Shown in pieces: positions 48,690-62,045 of a stretch of 64,000 bases of DNA. This DNA comes from Octopus sinensis (Eukaryota). Positions within the stretch are counted from its first letter, which is position 1. Each line of letters starts with the position of its first letter. The translations under genes were made by a program, and so were the position numbers. The stretch lies in assembly GCF_006345805.1 (NCBI RefSeq), contig NC_042999.1:166594001-166658000 (forward strand), given 5' to 3'. Under the pieces are notes generated by a model, which saw nothing but the letters and a program-made list of their open reading frames with translations, was not told the DNA's origin and did no database searches.

Positions 48690-49903
48690 GGATCTTTTCC
48701 TTTTGATAGCCAGATTTCAACACAATTTCTAGTTAACTAAACACTTTAAAACTTCGTATACTGGTAGAATGTGTCAAAAGAAAACATTATTTTCACTTGG
48801 CTTTTTTGATAAATTTGTAATTTGTTTGTTTAACGTAGTTTAATTTTTCGAATTTTAACCAATCCTATGCTCTCTTTTGAGCTGAAATCATTTGCTGTGT
48901 TATCAATATTGATAAACAAACGAGGAGGGTTGTGTTGGCATGTGCTAGAAATAACATCCATATCTCTTAAATCGATGAATTTCGTCGCCCAATAAAAATA
49001 TTAACAATATTTTTTGAATATTTTCTTTATTTTTTTTTTACCAAAAAGGCTTCTCCCATGGGTTTGAAGGGCCAAAAACAACAAAAACAAAATAATAATA
49101 TGCCTAAATCGGTCTAGAGTGGGATATGAGGGTGTGTGGAGTGTGGGTTGTATTGTAAAAATTTGCGAAATATTTTTTCATAAAAGGATGCCCCAGCTTG
49201 TCGAAGGCTGTGATATGAATTGGGAAAAAAATCCTTGACACCAGTGTGTAATTGGTACTTAATTTATCGACCCCGAAACGATGAAACATTGATCCCCCAT
49301 TTCAGGTTTATTTACCTTTTGTGTAAATTTGTTCCAGCAAGGGGCTCTATCGACACCAGTGCGTGCGTGCGTGCGTAACTGGTACTTAATTTATCCCTAA
49401 TCCTAACCCTAACCCCAACCCTATCTCGTGACAGCCTTCCGGCATCAGTCGCTAGCTTTGGTTAGGTTAGGGGTTAGGTTTAGGGTTAGGGTTAGAGTTA
49501 GGGATAAATTAAGTACCAGTTACGTACTGGGGCCAGTCTAAACAACGGCAGTAATTTGTTATCGATATTGATAAATAAATTTACTAATAATTGTAATGAA
49601 AAAAAATCCCACCGTGGGGCCGGTAGGTTAGCCTGATATCGAACTCACGAACGCTACATTACGAACAAAACAGATGTTGTCTCGGTTTTTAGACGCAGCA
49701 AATGATTTCAGCTCAAAAGAGAGGATAGGATTGGTTAAAATTCGAAAAATTAAACTACGTTAAACAAACGAATTACAAATTTATCAAAAAAGCCAAGTGA
49801 AAATAATGTTTTCTTTTGACACATTCTACCAGTATACGAAGTTTAAAAGTGTTTAGTTAACTAGAAATTGTGTTGAAATCTGGCTATCAAAAGGAAAAGA
49901 TCC
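48690..49903. mobile_element. related foldback element with ~210-bp TIRs
   Basis: GGATC...GATCC ends, TSD gaatgttg/ggatgttg (7 of 8), shared aaacttcgtatactggtagaatg motif. Confidence 0.88.
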
Positions 49904-49989
49904 GGATGTTGAAACACAAAAACAGTTTTTGCAGTGGGCTGAATCATTGCCTCTATGACCAAAACTTAGCATTTCTCAAATACGACAGT

Positions 49990-50478
49990 GATGTCGATTG
50001 TCTTTTTTGATTAGAAGTATTTCACTTCTTATGTGTTCCATGATGTCAGATGATCAATAATGAGTTTTACTTGGATGTTCTGAGGCATTTGAGAGAAGTG
50101 GTGCAAAGGAAGGCATGGGCAAACATAACTTGGATGCTGCAACATGATAACACACCTGCTAACGCATCACTCCTAATCTGTAACTTTTTGGCAAAGCACA
50201 AGAAAGCTTTATCGTTCATCTTTCCTATTTGGCTGCAGCAAACTTTCCTTGTTCCCTAAGTTGAATTCCACCCTGAAAGATGGTCATCAGACAAAAGAAG
50301 AGATTGAAGAAAATTCACTTTGAAAGCTGTTTATTACACCTGAGAATATATTTCAGGACTCTCTTCAAAAATGGAAAGCTGTGTATTAACAATGAATGAA
50401 ACAAGTTTGATTAACTTATAAGTGAGATAGTAAAATGTTTTGCAAAAAGTTCAGTTTTGTTTTGGACAGACCTCATAT
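49990..50478 (+). mobile_element. mariner transposase 3' fragment with right TIR
   Basis: FYLDVLRHLRE...WMLQHDNTPA; end ...ggacagacctcata. Confidence 0.75.
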
Positions 50479-51293
50479 GTTAGTATTTAAGATAATAATA
50501 TCATTTTGAAATACTCTGTCTTTGAAATCATTAAGTTAACTAAAAATATTAAGTAATTAAACACAATTAGTGCATTATGCATGACTGACATTTCAGGTTA
50601 GTTACCTAAATCAATAAACTATTGGTTTTTCTGCAGAAATGCTGAAGTTAATGTTTTATAAAAAATACTATGCTGTGTAAGTGATCAAACATACTAATTA
50701 AATATTATCACTAGAACAATATTTAAAAAAAAATTTAGTTTCATTTTAAACTCGCAACACGTTGTTTATTCAAGCAAAATATGATTTTGCTGTCGTTATA
50801 AGACAGAATTACTATAGAAATTTCACCTGTTATATTGGAAATTTTGCATTGGTAGAATCGGTTGAGTGACAGACACAATATCTTACTATATTTGATTGCA
50901 TGATTTTGTTTTGCTTTTACACTGAGGGTCAATGAAATAAGTCCAGGCGAGACCTAGGGTTGATATACTTGACTGTATACTTCCTTAAAACTTATGGTCT
51001 TGTGATAATGTAAGAAACCAATATCATTGTTATTAAAGCCCAATAGATTAAGAACTCCTTTAATTTTTAATTTTATTAATTTTTGGAATATATGCAAAAA
51101 ACTTTTCTGTCACTTTAATTTATTTTTCTGTTACTTCTTCATCCTTATTCCTTTCTGTTTGATTCTATTATAAGTATTATGTCAAAACTTTTTTATACAC
51201 ATTTCTCTATTCATTCGCTATTTGATAACTGTGTGTAAATTTCATAAATGTTTGACATATTCTTTCTTAGTTATTCTTTTCTCATCTGGACAG

Positions 51294-51323
51294 CTCTACT
51301 TCCTGAGTCCGAGTTAACAATAG
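51294..51323 (+). CDS. candidate 30-nt micro-exon (LLPESELTI)
   Basis: gacag|...ATAG|gtaagt, phase 1-1; fits the chain but has no recognisable motif. Confidence 0.35.
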
Positions 51324-52544
51324 GTAAGTTAAAGCCAATTACCATGATAAAGGCACATTTTGTAGTGTCTGTTTATTATTATTATTATTAGTAGTTAGTC
51401 TTACTGTAGTAATTGACACGACTCTAGTGTGCAACCATAAAACACAGATGTATGGTGGTGGTGGTGCAGTATTATTAATGTATCTCTATGTTTTATTGGT
51501 TTTTGACTAACACTCATTTGATCCTTTTCTTTTAGGTAACTTAACTGGACAAGATAACACTGAAGACAATGTAAAACTGAAGTCCACCACAGAAACTTTT
51601 TCATCAAATGAAAATTCAAAACTCAAACTGTAAGAAATATTTTTTTCTAAATTGTTCAAAACTGGGGTTATGGAAGATGGTTTATTACCATTATATCCTA
51701 TCATCATCATCATTGGTTTAACATTCACTTTTCCTTTCTTGCATGGGTCAGACAGAATATATTGAAGCAGAGATTCTGCTGCTGGATGCTCTTCTTGTGA
51801 TGAGCCCTCACCTGTTTCCAAACAAAGTATTATTTCCCTATAGTCAATGATGGTAATTCTCATTTTCCACCGTCATATGATGTCAAGACAAGGGCACACA
51901 TGCATGTGCACACACATCAGATTCTGCCTACCATATCCACTCACAGGGGTTTAGTTTTCCCTTTGCCCAGGGATATAGTAGAAGGCCAAGGTTCTGTGCA
52001 GTGAGGCTACACTTAAAAGCATATGATTAGGGAGCAAGTTTATCAACCACACACCCATGCATCCCGCTTTATCAGAATATGTTTGACTTATGATTATGCT
52101 GTATATTGACATTTAATTACACTACTGCTAATTTTTCTATATATCACTACATGGTCCTCTGCTGGCTGCTTGATCTGCCAGAAATGGCAGTCTAATTTTT
52201 CTCAAATTACATCCTACCATCTTAAAAGATGTGGGGTACATTGACAATGTAATTCTAGATATAAGAAGGGAGGGAATGTTGTGGTTGGTTTGCTTTGATC
52301 ATATATGTACTCAGGGCTGACTTGAGGCTGAGCAACAACTTGAAGTGTGGGACCAAGTTCAACTTATTTTGCAGGCTCTGGCAAAGAATGTGATGATTAA
52401 AGAGTTTACTTTGTTCTCTATGAAGAATTAGTTTCTCAGAGTGAGAATCAGCAGCAGCTCAAGGCAAACTGACAAATATTTTTAAAATTATGTTCTTGGA
52501 AAATTAGTTATTTTTTAATATCGTCTGTTGAGTTTGAAGATAAA

Positions 52545-52870
52545 TGTATACCACTAGAATAAGAATAGCCTGGGCAAAGTTTAGAAAGCTCCTACCCCTA
52601 CTGGTGACAAAGGGTCTCTTGCTCAGAGTGAAAGGTAGATTGTACAACGCATGTGTGCGAACTGCTATGCTCCATGGCAGTGAAACATGGGCTGTGACTG
52701 CGGAGGACATGCGTAGTCTTGAAAGAAATGAAGCTAGCATGATCCACTGGATGTGTAATGTCAGTGTCCATGCACGACAGAGTGTAAGTGCCCTGAGAAA
52801 AATGCTGGACATAAGAAGCATTGGATGCGGCGTGCAGGAAAGATGTTTGCGTTGGTATGGCCATGTACTA
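52545..52870 (+). mobile_element. RTE RT C-terminal fragment, same family as 12391-14060
   Basis: RIRIAWAKFRKLLPLLVTKGL...MLHGSETW...RWYGHV. Confidence 0.9.
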
Positions 52871-53629
52871 TGGCCATACTATTCCATTGGACCTCTGTCT
52901 AATCATTAAAACATTGATTTAATGATCCAGCATTAAGTGCTGCAGCATGTATTTGCTGATCTTGGGAAAGTCTCATCTCACTTCTCTCTTCAGACTCTTG
53001 ACTTCAGATTTCTACAATCCTCCTTGATTATACTTGTTTCTGGAGAGATTAAGTCTTTTCTTTGGTGGCATATTTTTTTCAATATTGTAAACAAAATATT
53101 ATGTACATAGAAAAAAATTATACATTAATCCCTCTTTTTATAAGCAGTTGTATGTATGTAGTATGTTTTTACTTTTGTATGCAGTGCAAATTAACCAAAT
53201 AGAAGCACATGTATGAACTGCTAATTTAACGGTAAATGCCACAATAATTATTATAGATAAATTTCTTAATATATATATATATTAAGCACATGTATTAAAT
53301 GTTAATTTAAGGGTAAATATGTAACTGTAAATACCTTGCAATTACTGTGATAATTATTAACTGGTAATTGAACAGTAAATGTGTATTTTTATATACCTCT
53401 TTGTTTTTTGTCAAGAGTTTCACCTCCAGCCGTTTGTTATGTCACTGACACACCATCCTGCTGTGGAGGCTGTAAAGAAAGAAAGTTGCTGATGCATAAT
53501 GCTGTTCACATTAGGATGTAAATTATTCATTTATTTTAAATATTATAGAAATAAGAATACCTTAATGTTATCACATTAGAATTAAAAGTTAAACAATGAA
53601 AGTGAAACAATATTATAGCCTTTTCACAT

Positions 53630-53945
53630 TATAGATGATAAGCAGCTTTCTTTATTATAGTACAGATGTGATTAATTTGGCAAAACATTACTTTTATTGA
53701 AACATCATCACTCTTGTAATGCAATAATTTGTAATTTTGGTTCAAATTGAAAGTATGAAACTATTTTCACTTTCTAATGAAACCTGGTCATTGTAGAGCA
53801 GTGTCTTTCAAATAACTATAGCTGGTTATTGAGATAACGTAGAATATATGTAAATGAAAATATAGTTTATTTGGTAGCCCAAAAATTACTGAATATTTTA
53901 ATACCCCATACGTCAAAATGGGCGACCCAATTTTTGAATGCATTA
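53630..53945. repeat. old AT-rich interspersed repeat; inverted relatives at about 60360-60480 and 62078-62315
   Basis: Reverse-complement matches such as ataccccatacgtcaaaa and ataataaagaaagctgctt. Confidence 0.7.
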
Positions 53946-54001
53946 TACGGTTCGTTTACTAAACATTAGTAAGAATACCTGCAGTGTACTTTGTTAATAT
54001 A

Positions 54002-55273
54002 ATGCCACTTACTCCGTTACCAATTCGTTAGCAGATTATTAAGCTTCGAAAGAAGGATAATTTAAGTATTGGGTCTATTGCAAAGATTGTTAACAAGTCA
54101 AAAAGTGTTGTTCACAGTATTCTTAAGGTCTATGATGATTGTGGTTCGTGTGAAGCAAGAAAGTCTACAGGTAGGCCAAGAAAAACGACCAAGAGAGAAG
54201 ATCGTGCTATGATAAAGTTGGTTAAAAAGTTGGTTTAAAACTGCTGCTGCTGTTTCTCGGGAAATGAGCATTGTACTGAAGAAAACGTTATCTCGAAAAA
54301 CTGTCTCGTCGTTTAGTTGAACATGACCTACAAGCAAGAGCATCTGCAGTGAAGCCACTGATCAGCTCCAAGAATAAAAAGTGTCGTCTTACCTTTGCAA
54401 CCGAACATGTGTTGTGGTCTCAAGAAAAATGGCAAACGATGCATTTCAGTGATGAATCTAAGTTTGTTATTTGGCTCAGATGGGAAAAGGTCCATTCGTC
54501 GAAAAGTAGGTGAAAAATTGTCGCCTAAATGCCTTAAGACTAGTGTTAAATTCGGTGGAGGAAGTGTCATGGTTTGGGGGATGATATCTGGGATGGTGTG
54601 GGCCCTTTTTGCAATTACATGGAAAGGTAAATGCAGGAGTTTATAAACAACTTGTAAAAGATCATGTCTTGCCTGTGCTGAGAAATTCAACTAAGCGACC
54701 ACCCATATTCATGCAGGACAATGCCCCATGTCACAAGGCTAAGGTGGTCATGAACTTCCTCAAGGCTGAAAAGTTTAGTGTTATGGATTGGCCTGCTCAA
54801 AGCCCAGATCTCAATCCTATTGAAAATGTGTGGAATATTCTAGAATGTTTGAAAGCCAGAAATCCTAAAACAACCGAGCAATTATGGAATGCCCTTCAGG
54901 CAGAATGGAATAAGATCACCCAGCAAGAAATTGAAAATTTAATTTCATCATGCAGTCGAAGATGTCAAAGTGTGATTGAAGCTAAAGGGCTTCACACTAA
55001 ATATTAAATAATTCCAGTATTCTCTGTCATTTTTGATTATTTTGTTATTTTTTCAACTGTTCTGATCATTTTGGCCACCATGGGTTATGCAGTAAATCAC
55101 TAAATCATCCATAACTTTTGCATTATCCTCTCAAATTATACCAAAATCTCAGACAATAACAATTAATATCGTATTTATTGTCTGTGAATTATAGAATATA
55201 AAACAACTTTGATAAAAAATTATACCTACTTTTCTGATGAAAACTGCCATTCGGAACATTTTGGCCACAACTG
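54002..55273 (+). mobile_element. Tc1-type transposon with disrupted DD34E transposase and right IR only
   Basis: HTH/GRPRKTT, SDESK, FMQDNAPCH, SPDLNPIENVW with 34 residues from D to E; ends ...ttttggccacaactg|TA; one stop and several frameshifts. Confidence 0.92.
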
Positions 55274-56147
55274 TATATATATATATATATATATATATAT
55301 GACAGACTTCTTTCAAACTGAAAGTATTATCTCACATTACAATACAGATGTAATACTGAAATAGTATAAGAGATAAAAGATTGCTCCGGGCTTGCTTGAG
55401 GCAAGAAGTTGATAATTTTTGGGCCCATGACACTGCATGGACTCTAAGTAAAGCATGTGTAAAGTTTGAATGAAATTGGTTGTTTAGTTCTCGAGTTTTA
55501 GGGATTCACACAGACTGACACACACACAGACACACACATTCTCATCTATATATAGATATATAGATTCAGTTATTCATAAGTCTAAAAACAGCACACTCTG
55601 AAAATTTTGGGGAGCAGTAATATTTTATGCAGTCATTACCTAAAAAAATGCAGTTGACCCATAAACTAACAACACATACACCTTTTGTATGTGTGTTCAA
55701 TTTTGTTTATATATATATATATATATATTGGCAAAAACGGTAAGATAACAAAAGAAAGAAAGAGACCTCAATATTATGTAAATAGAGGAAATTTATCTGT
55801 AAAATAATATGTGACAATTATTCGGTAGCCAAGTTTCAGATGCCGAGGTGGAAATCCACACCACCATCTCTTCGGTTATCTGGCCATCTGAAAAACGCTA
55901 TGAAAAAAGACGGTTATACAAAGGGAAATTACTGTGTTATAATTCTGCTTGCGGACCCACGTGTGAATATGTATGAGTGGGCAGTTTTAGATGTGTGCGT
56001 GTGTGTGTGGGCATAAGAATGCACATATATATATATATAGACGTTTTTGCTTAGTATTTTTCCATTTTTATATATATAAACAAAATTGAACAGGCATACA
56101 GAAGGTGTGTATGTTGTTAGTTTGTAGGTCAACTGCATTTTTTTTAG

Positions 56148-56206
56148 GCATAAGAGAATATATTCTCAATGCACCTGATGTTAAGACACCTGAAAGTAAG
56201 TCACAG
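56148..56206 (+). CDS. candidate CCDC60-like exon (IREYILNAPDVKTPESKSQ)
   Basis: Strong acceptor ttttttttag. CAG|gcaagt GC donor gives phase 0; an alternative GT donor at 56196 gives phase 1. Confidence 0.45.
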
Positions 56207-58525
56207 GCAAGTGAGACAACTCACATTAGGTCCCTTTTCTGAGCAACAGACATCAATGTTTCATCATTGTTGTGACTTTTCAATGCCACGTCCTGAATAA
56301 GGTTTGAAAACCATTTAGCATTTACCTAAAAAAACACAGCCAACCCATGACCTAACAAAACACACACCTTGTATATGTGTATTCGGTTTTGTTTATATAC
56401 CTTGAGCTGTTTCTAAGTTATATTTGAATTTTTTCCATGGCTTGAAATGTTGGGACATGCCAGCAGATGGTTTTCAAACCACTTAGCTTAGAGTCAAAGA
56501 GTCTTAGAGTCATAGAGTCTTCATTCCCATCAACTCTATGCGACTCCCACATATTTGACCTAATCTTTCTTGATTTTTTATATTTCTTTAAATTTTCGTT
56601 TTTCTATTGTGTACTTCTGGCTTCGCTGTTCATTTCAGTTGATATCCGCTGTAAAACTGTAACTCATTTAATTAAAGCAAACTCTCTCAAATCAGAGAGA
56701 GAGAGAGAGAGAGAGAATCATCATCATCATTGTTTGAACATCGACTTTTCTATCCTGGTCACATGGGTTGGATGGGATTGCAAATATGGAAAAGTGGGCT
56801 ATAAAAGAATGACCATGCATGCATGTATACATACATACCAATTATCCATTATCCATTATTCTATTCCAGTTTGGATGAAATGGAAAGGAAGAAATCAAGA
56901 TTGGTAATCATTTTTATTCTCATTACTGTCTATGATCTAAGTTAATTGAAATTAACTATTTTCTAAATAACCAATTTGAGATTTTCTTACTAAGTAAGCT
57001 GTTCCCTTTTACTGTTACTAATTTTTACCCTTGTCTTATGTTCTCATTCTTTCATCCCCCAATTATTTGAATTTGGGGAAAGGTTTGTAAACTAATTGAC
57101 AGTATAAACTATATTTACAATGTTTAAGTATGCTTTAGTAATAGTCTTACTGCATCTTAGTAAATAACTAGTCTCTCTAAATTATTGTTCTGTAAATAGT
57201 AAAGCTACTGTAAATTCATAAGTAATAAATACTTAATACATTGTTTGTAACTTTCTGGTATACTTATGATATACCTTTTCTAAAAAAGTTATCTCAAAAA
57301 TGTAAAATACCTGGGCATGCTATAAACAAAATTCTTTAATTTTAGATTTTTCTTTGCAAATTGTAAACATGTAAATGGTTACTTTATAATATTCATAAAA
57401 GAAGTTTCCTTTATCTCCAAAGAGAGGTTCCTGGTAAAATGAAAGATTGCAAAAAAATTTTAGTCTTTCTCTTTAATGGGGCTGTTTACAGAATACCCCT
57501 TACCACAGCCTTTACTAACAAACTACTGTTTTAATTTTCTTGACATTAAAATTTTGCAAATCATTCTCCTAGTGAACATAGAATTAGCTCATTTCCATTT
57601 TGATGTACCCTCTCCTTGCTCAAAGCATTTATCTTAAAATTTAGAAGTACTCTACTGTGTGTTCCATTTCCCAAAACAAAAGAGTGATATTTCTCATTCT
57701 TCTCAGATTGATAATATTTCTGGGGATCTGTAAGAGTATGGAGTGTGAAAGATTTACTGAAACATCTTTGAGTGAATCTTCCATTTGCCAACTATTTTTT
57801 AAAGCAAGGTCTGTAAATTTTTAAAGCAGTGACTGCTTTGATATCATCAGAATTGTCACCAAGCCCATAAAACATTGATACTTAAGTAATTACACATAAC
57901 ACTAATTAGAAAAGTCTTTGATGGAATGTAGCATTTGATACTTTTATGAAATATCTCTCAAACTGATCGTTTGGTAAATTCCTCAGCAACCATTCCAATT
58001 AATGCTACTGGTAACATGTTTATTCTACCATTTCAGCTGTGATGTCAAGGTTCCTTTATGTGTTCAGATTTTACAACAGCATGGTTCAAATTTGCTTAGG
58101 CCAGAGCTAACACATTATTTAGCATGCAGTCCTTAGTGTTCCTGTCAACTGTTATAAAAGTAGAAGCATACAAAGGAGAAGAGGCAATAAAAAGGGTAGA
58201 AAATTGATAGCTTACAATCAGAATGTATAACGAACTAAAAAGGATAGGAATAACTTTTAGACTTGTTACATCAGTGACACAGACTTGAATTCTAATTGAA
58301 CCGTTTCATTTCACTTACTCCTCGTACTAGTTGTTCTTGGCCACAGTCGTCAGTAGTTTGGAGAAGATTGGTCTTCACCATGATTTTTGCTTACACCACT
58401 TAAAGGTTACAGGACAATTTTATTTAGTCAAGAATGAAAGGGAATTAATTACAAAGTTCTGTTATTTGGAGATAATTGTTAGTTGAACAAAGGTTATGAA
58501 ATTCCAAACAATTTGAAAACAGATA

Positions 58526-58933
58526 CTCTTTACTCTTTTACTTGTTTCAGTCATTTGACTGCAGCCATGCTGGAGCACCACCTTTAGTTGAGCAAATCGA
58601 CCCCGGAACTTATTCTTTGTAAGCCCAGTACTTATTCTATCGGTCTCTTTTGCCGAACCGCTAAGTAACGGGGACGTAAACACACCAGCATCGGTTGTCA
58701 AGCAATGCTAGGGGGACAAACACAGACACACAAACATATACACACACACTTATATATATATACATATATACGACAGGCTTCTTTCAGTTTTCGTCTACCA
58801 AATCCACTCACAAGGCATTGGTCGGCCCGGGGCTATAGCAGAAGACACTTGCCCAAGATGCCACGCAGTGGGACTGAACCCGGAACCATGTGGTTGGTTA
58901 GCAAGCTACTTACCACACAGCCACTCCTGCGCC
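58526..58933 (-). mobile_element. SINE family A
   Basis: Full-length reverse copy. Confidence 0.9.
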
Positions 58934-59142
58934 TAAAAATAAGAATAATCTGGTAATTTTGGAGAGCTAAATTTATGCTATGCTGGATTGTTTCCAAAAT
59001 CTAGTGATTGTGATGAGAATGACAACTATCCTGTTGTTTTTGATTTATGAATAAAACAGTTTCAGTACCATTTTAATAATTTTCTTATTCCTTTTCAAGC
59101 TTTTATTAATTTTATATTTGTTTTTACTGCTTCAAATTACAG

Positions 59143-59210
59143 AATTCAAAATTTGATGAATCTTCTCCAAAAGTAAATTTTGTTGCAAGGCATCAGATCC
59201 GCCCTAAAAG
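59143..59210 (+). CDS. candidate CCDC60-like exon (NSKFDESSPKVNFVARHQIRPK)
   Basis: aattacag|AAT...AAAAG|gtaaaa, 68 nt open, phase 0-2. Confidence 0.55.
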
Positions 59211-59644
59211 GTAAAAAAATATAGATCGTTTGTTATTTGGGTGAATATTAAAACAACACTTAAATTCCAAATCCTGTTGGATAATCTTTCTCCTATAGAA
59301 TCAGTTTAAATGATTACAATGTATGTCTGAGCTCTTGGTATTGTATGGTAAAACCACATTGGTTATTTTCATCACTGTAGATTACCATCTTTTGTTTCAA
59401 ACAACTAATGAAGTAATTAATCCTGAAGTATATGAATATTATTGTATTGCACATTATTTTTTTTATATTATTTCATGTCTCAGTAATTTTGTTTTTCTAA
59501 AATATAGATTTACATTCTGAAACTTTTCATCCATATTTCCTTTTAACCTTAATCTCTATGTATTCAATCTATACACAAATATACGAAGCCTGTATGTGCT
59601 TAATTCAATCTGTATACATCTATTTATCTATAACTATAAAAGAG

Positions 59645-59679
<35 letters not shown>

Positions 59680-60350
59680 CTCAATGAGGCCAAGACTGAA
59701 TATATAAACAAGTGCCTGTCCAACAGTGATTGCATCATCCATACTCTCAACAACGCGCCCTTAAATATGGTTTCTGATTACAAATATCTTGGGCCATACA
59801 TATCATCATCTGGAAAAGATTTTCTAACTAGAAAGGGTATGGCCTGGTCAGCCTGTAATGACATGCATAAGATCTGGTCATCAAATCTAAGTAGAGACTT
59901 CAAACTTGAAATCTTCAAAGCCACAGTCGTACCAATTCTACTATATGGCTCAGAAACCTGGACGTTATCAAAGAAGCTTAAGAGGCAGTTGGATGGAACC
60001 TACACTCGCCTCCTTATGAGAGCTCAAAATCTCTCGTGGAGGCGCCATCCAACCAAAATGCAAATATATGGGAAATTACCACCTGTGTCATCTCTTGTGA
60101 AAGGTTAGAGAGTCCAGTTTGCTGGACATCGTTGTAGAGCTGAAAACGAGGCAATTTCTACTCTTCTCCTCTGGAAGCCATCTACTCGCAATGCCAGAGG
60201 GCGCACACTCTCGTACTCTGATGTAATCTCCAGGGATACAGGCATCCAGCAACAGGACCTCCATAATGCCATGATAGACCGTGAAGTCTGGCGTAGCATG
60301 GTAAATTCCATTGTCTCGACCACGGTCAAACAATGATGATGATGATGATG
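59680..60350 (+). mobile_element. second RTE-clade LINE family, 3' end with (GAT)n tail
   Basis: YKYLGPYISS...ILLYGSETWTL...RVQFAGH; one in-frame TAG; tail atgatgatg. Confidence 0.88.
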
Positions 60351-61842
60351 TGTATGTTCCTTAAGCATTCCAAAACTGAGTTGCCGTTTTTGACGTATGG
60401 GGTATCAAAAGATTCAGTAAGATTTTGGCTATCAACTTAACTATTTCATTCACATATTTGCATTACAAAAATTTAACATTAACATTTTTCTTTTAGTCAC
60501 CTATTGTAAACGACATTTTGTATCACCACCACAATGACGATGACATCACATTTTCCATACGAGTGTGTTCGCACCGCACGCAGCATGTTCATTGCCTACC
60601 TTAGGCTGATGACTGACAAGTATATATGTGTGATAGTGTATGTGTCTGTCAGTATACATCCATTTTTGTGGTGACTGACACGCACACATCTAAAGACAGA
60701 GACAAGCATCACGTATGCATTAATGTACATGTGTGTGTATGTGTGTGTCTCTTTCTCTTACTTTATGTATGTAACTTCCCCGTCCCCAAACTTCCTCACC
60801 GATATTGAAAGTTTACTTGCAGCCCCTGGATTTCAAACAAACAAACAATGTTCACTTTCAAGAACTGCCAACTTGAAGGTTTGGCTTATTTAGCACCACT
60901 CCCAATACTCGCAAATACATCTGGAAAAAAAAACTATTCTGCTTATTATAACAAATTTGGAAACTTGGCAAAGTAGAAAGCCTCAGCGGCTCTTTCAATA
61001 TAATTACAGAAATGTTATCCCACTCCTTCTAACCAGTTTCAAGATAATGTTTTTTTAACAGTCCTTGTATTCTTCATCACTGTGAGAGCATCGCACAACC
61101 TTTTTACTGCATTACTCAGTATTCTACAGCCTATAATGTTACACAGTTCAAAAACAGCATCTTCCTTTTTATACACTTGGTTCTGCATTCATTTCAAAAC
61201 TGTAAAATAAGTTATTTTTGTATGAAAAATTGAATTATGCCTTCTGAATTTTCTTGGACTCTCACTTTCTTCACTGTGGCATTCATTCACCTGTGAATTT
61301 TATAACATTTAGTACATGTTCCAAATAAATGTTGACTTCATGTACTTTCTTATATTGGTGATGCATACTAACTTTTGCTAAACTGGTGACTTTCCATTTT
61401 TTTATAGCATAACTATGCTACAGAAAGTATGTTTTGCACCTATATTGACTACATTCCGTTTTGCTGTTTTCAATATTATCAATTCTATGAGTCTGTGTGT
61501 GTGTGTTTCTGTGTTCATTACGTCTATAGCAAACTATAGTAAAGAACTTTTTACGCTGTTTTAGTGAGCCCACATCTAATGAAGTAGCCATCCTTATGGT
61601 TGGTGATCCCCATGAAACATGGTATTCTCACTCGTGTTCAAGATAGCAACCTTAGATGTGTTCCACAGACTCATCCCTCTTATGATGCTCTCCAGTATAA
61701 TCTTATTCTGTGGAATAGACAAGATGGGTATTATTTCAATATTCCTCAAATTGAACCTGCAACAGAATAGTCAATTACAAACGAAAGGGTGTCGTCAAAT
61801 GATTTCTATTTTTACCAAGACCAGAAAAATCATATCCTTTCT

Positions 61843-62045
61843 GCCATAGGCACAAGGCCTGAAATTTTGCAGGAGGGAGCAGTCGATTACCTTGACCCCA
61901 GTGTCTCACTGGTACTTAATTTATCGACCCCAAAAGGATGAAAGGCAAAGTTGACCCTGGCAGCATTTGAACTCAGAATGTAAAGACAGGCGAAATACAG
62001 CTGAAGCATTTTGCCCAGCAAAACGATTCTGCCAGCTCACCCACC
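61843..62045 (-). mobile_element. SINE family B, short monomer
   Basis: Similar to 37527-37737. Confidence 0.82.

Noticed and set aside
50637-50676. 40-nt exon candidate (MLKLMFYKKYYA)
   Set aside because: Good splice signals, but joining it directly to 46989 creates TAA and it has no motif support.
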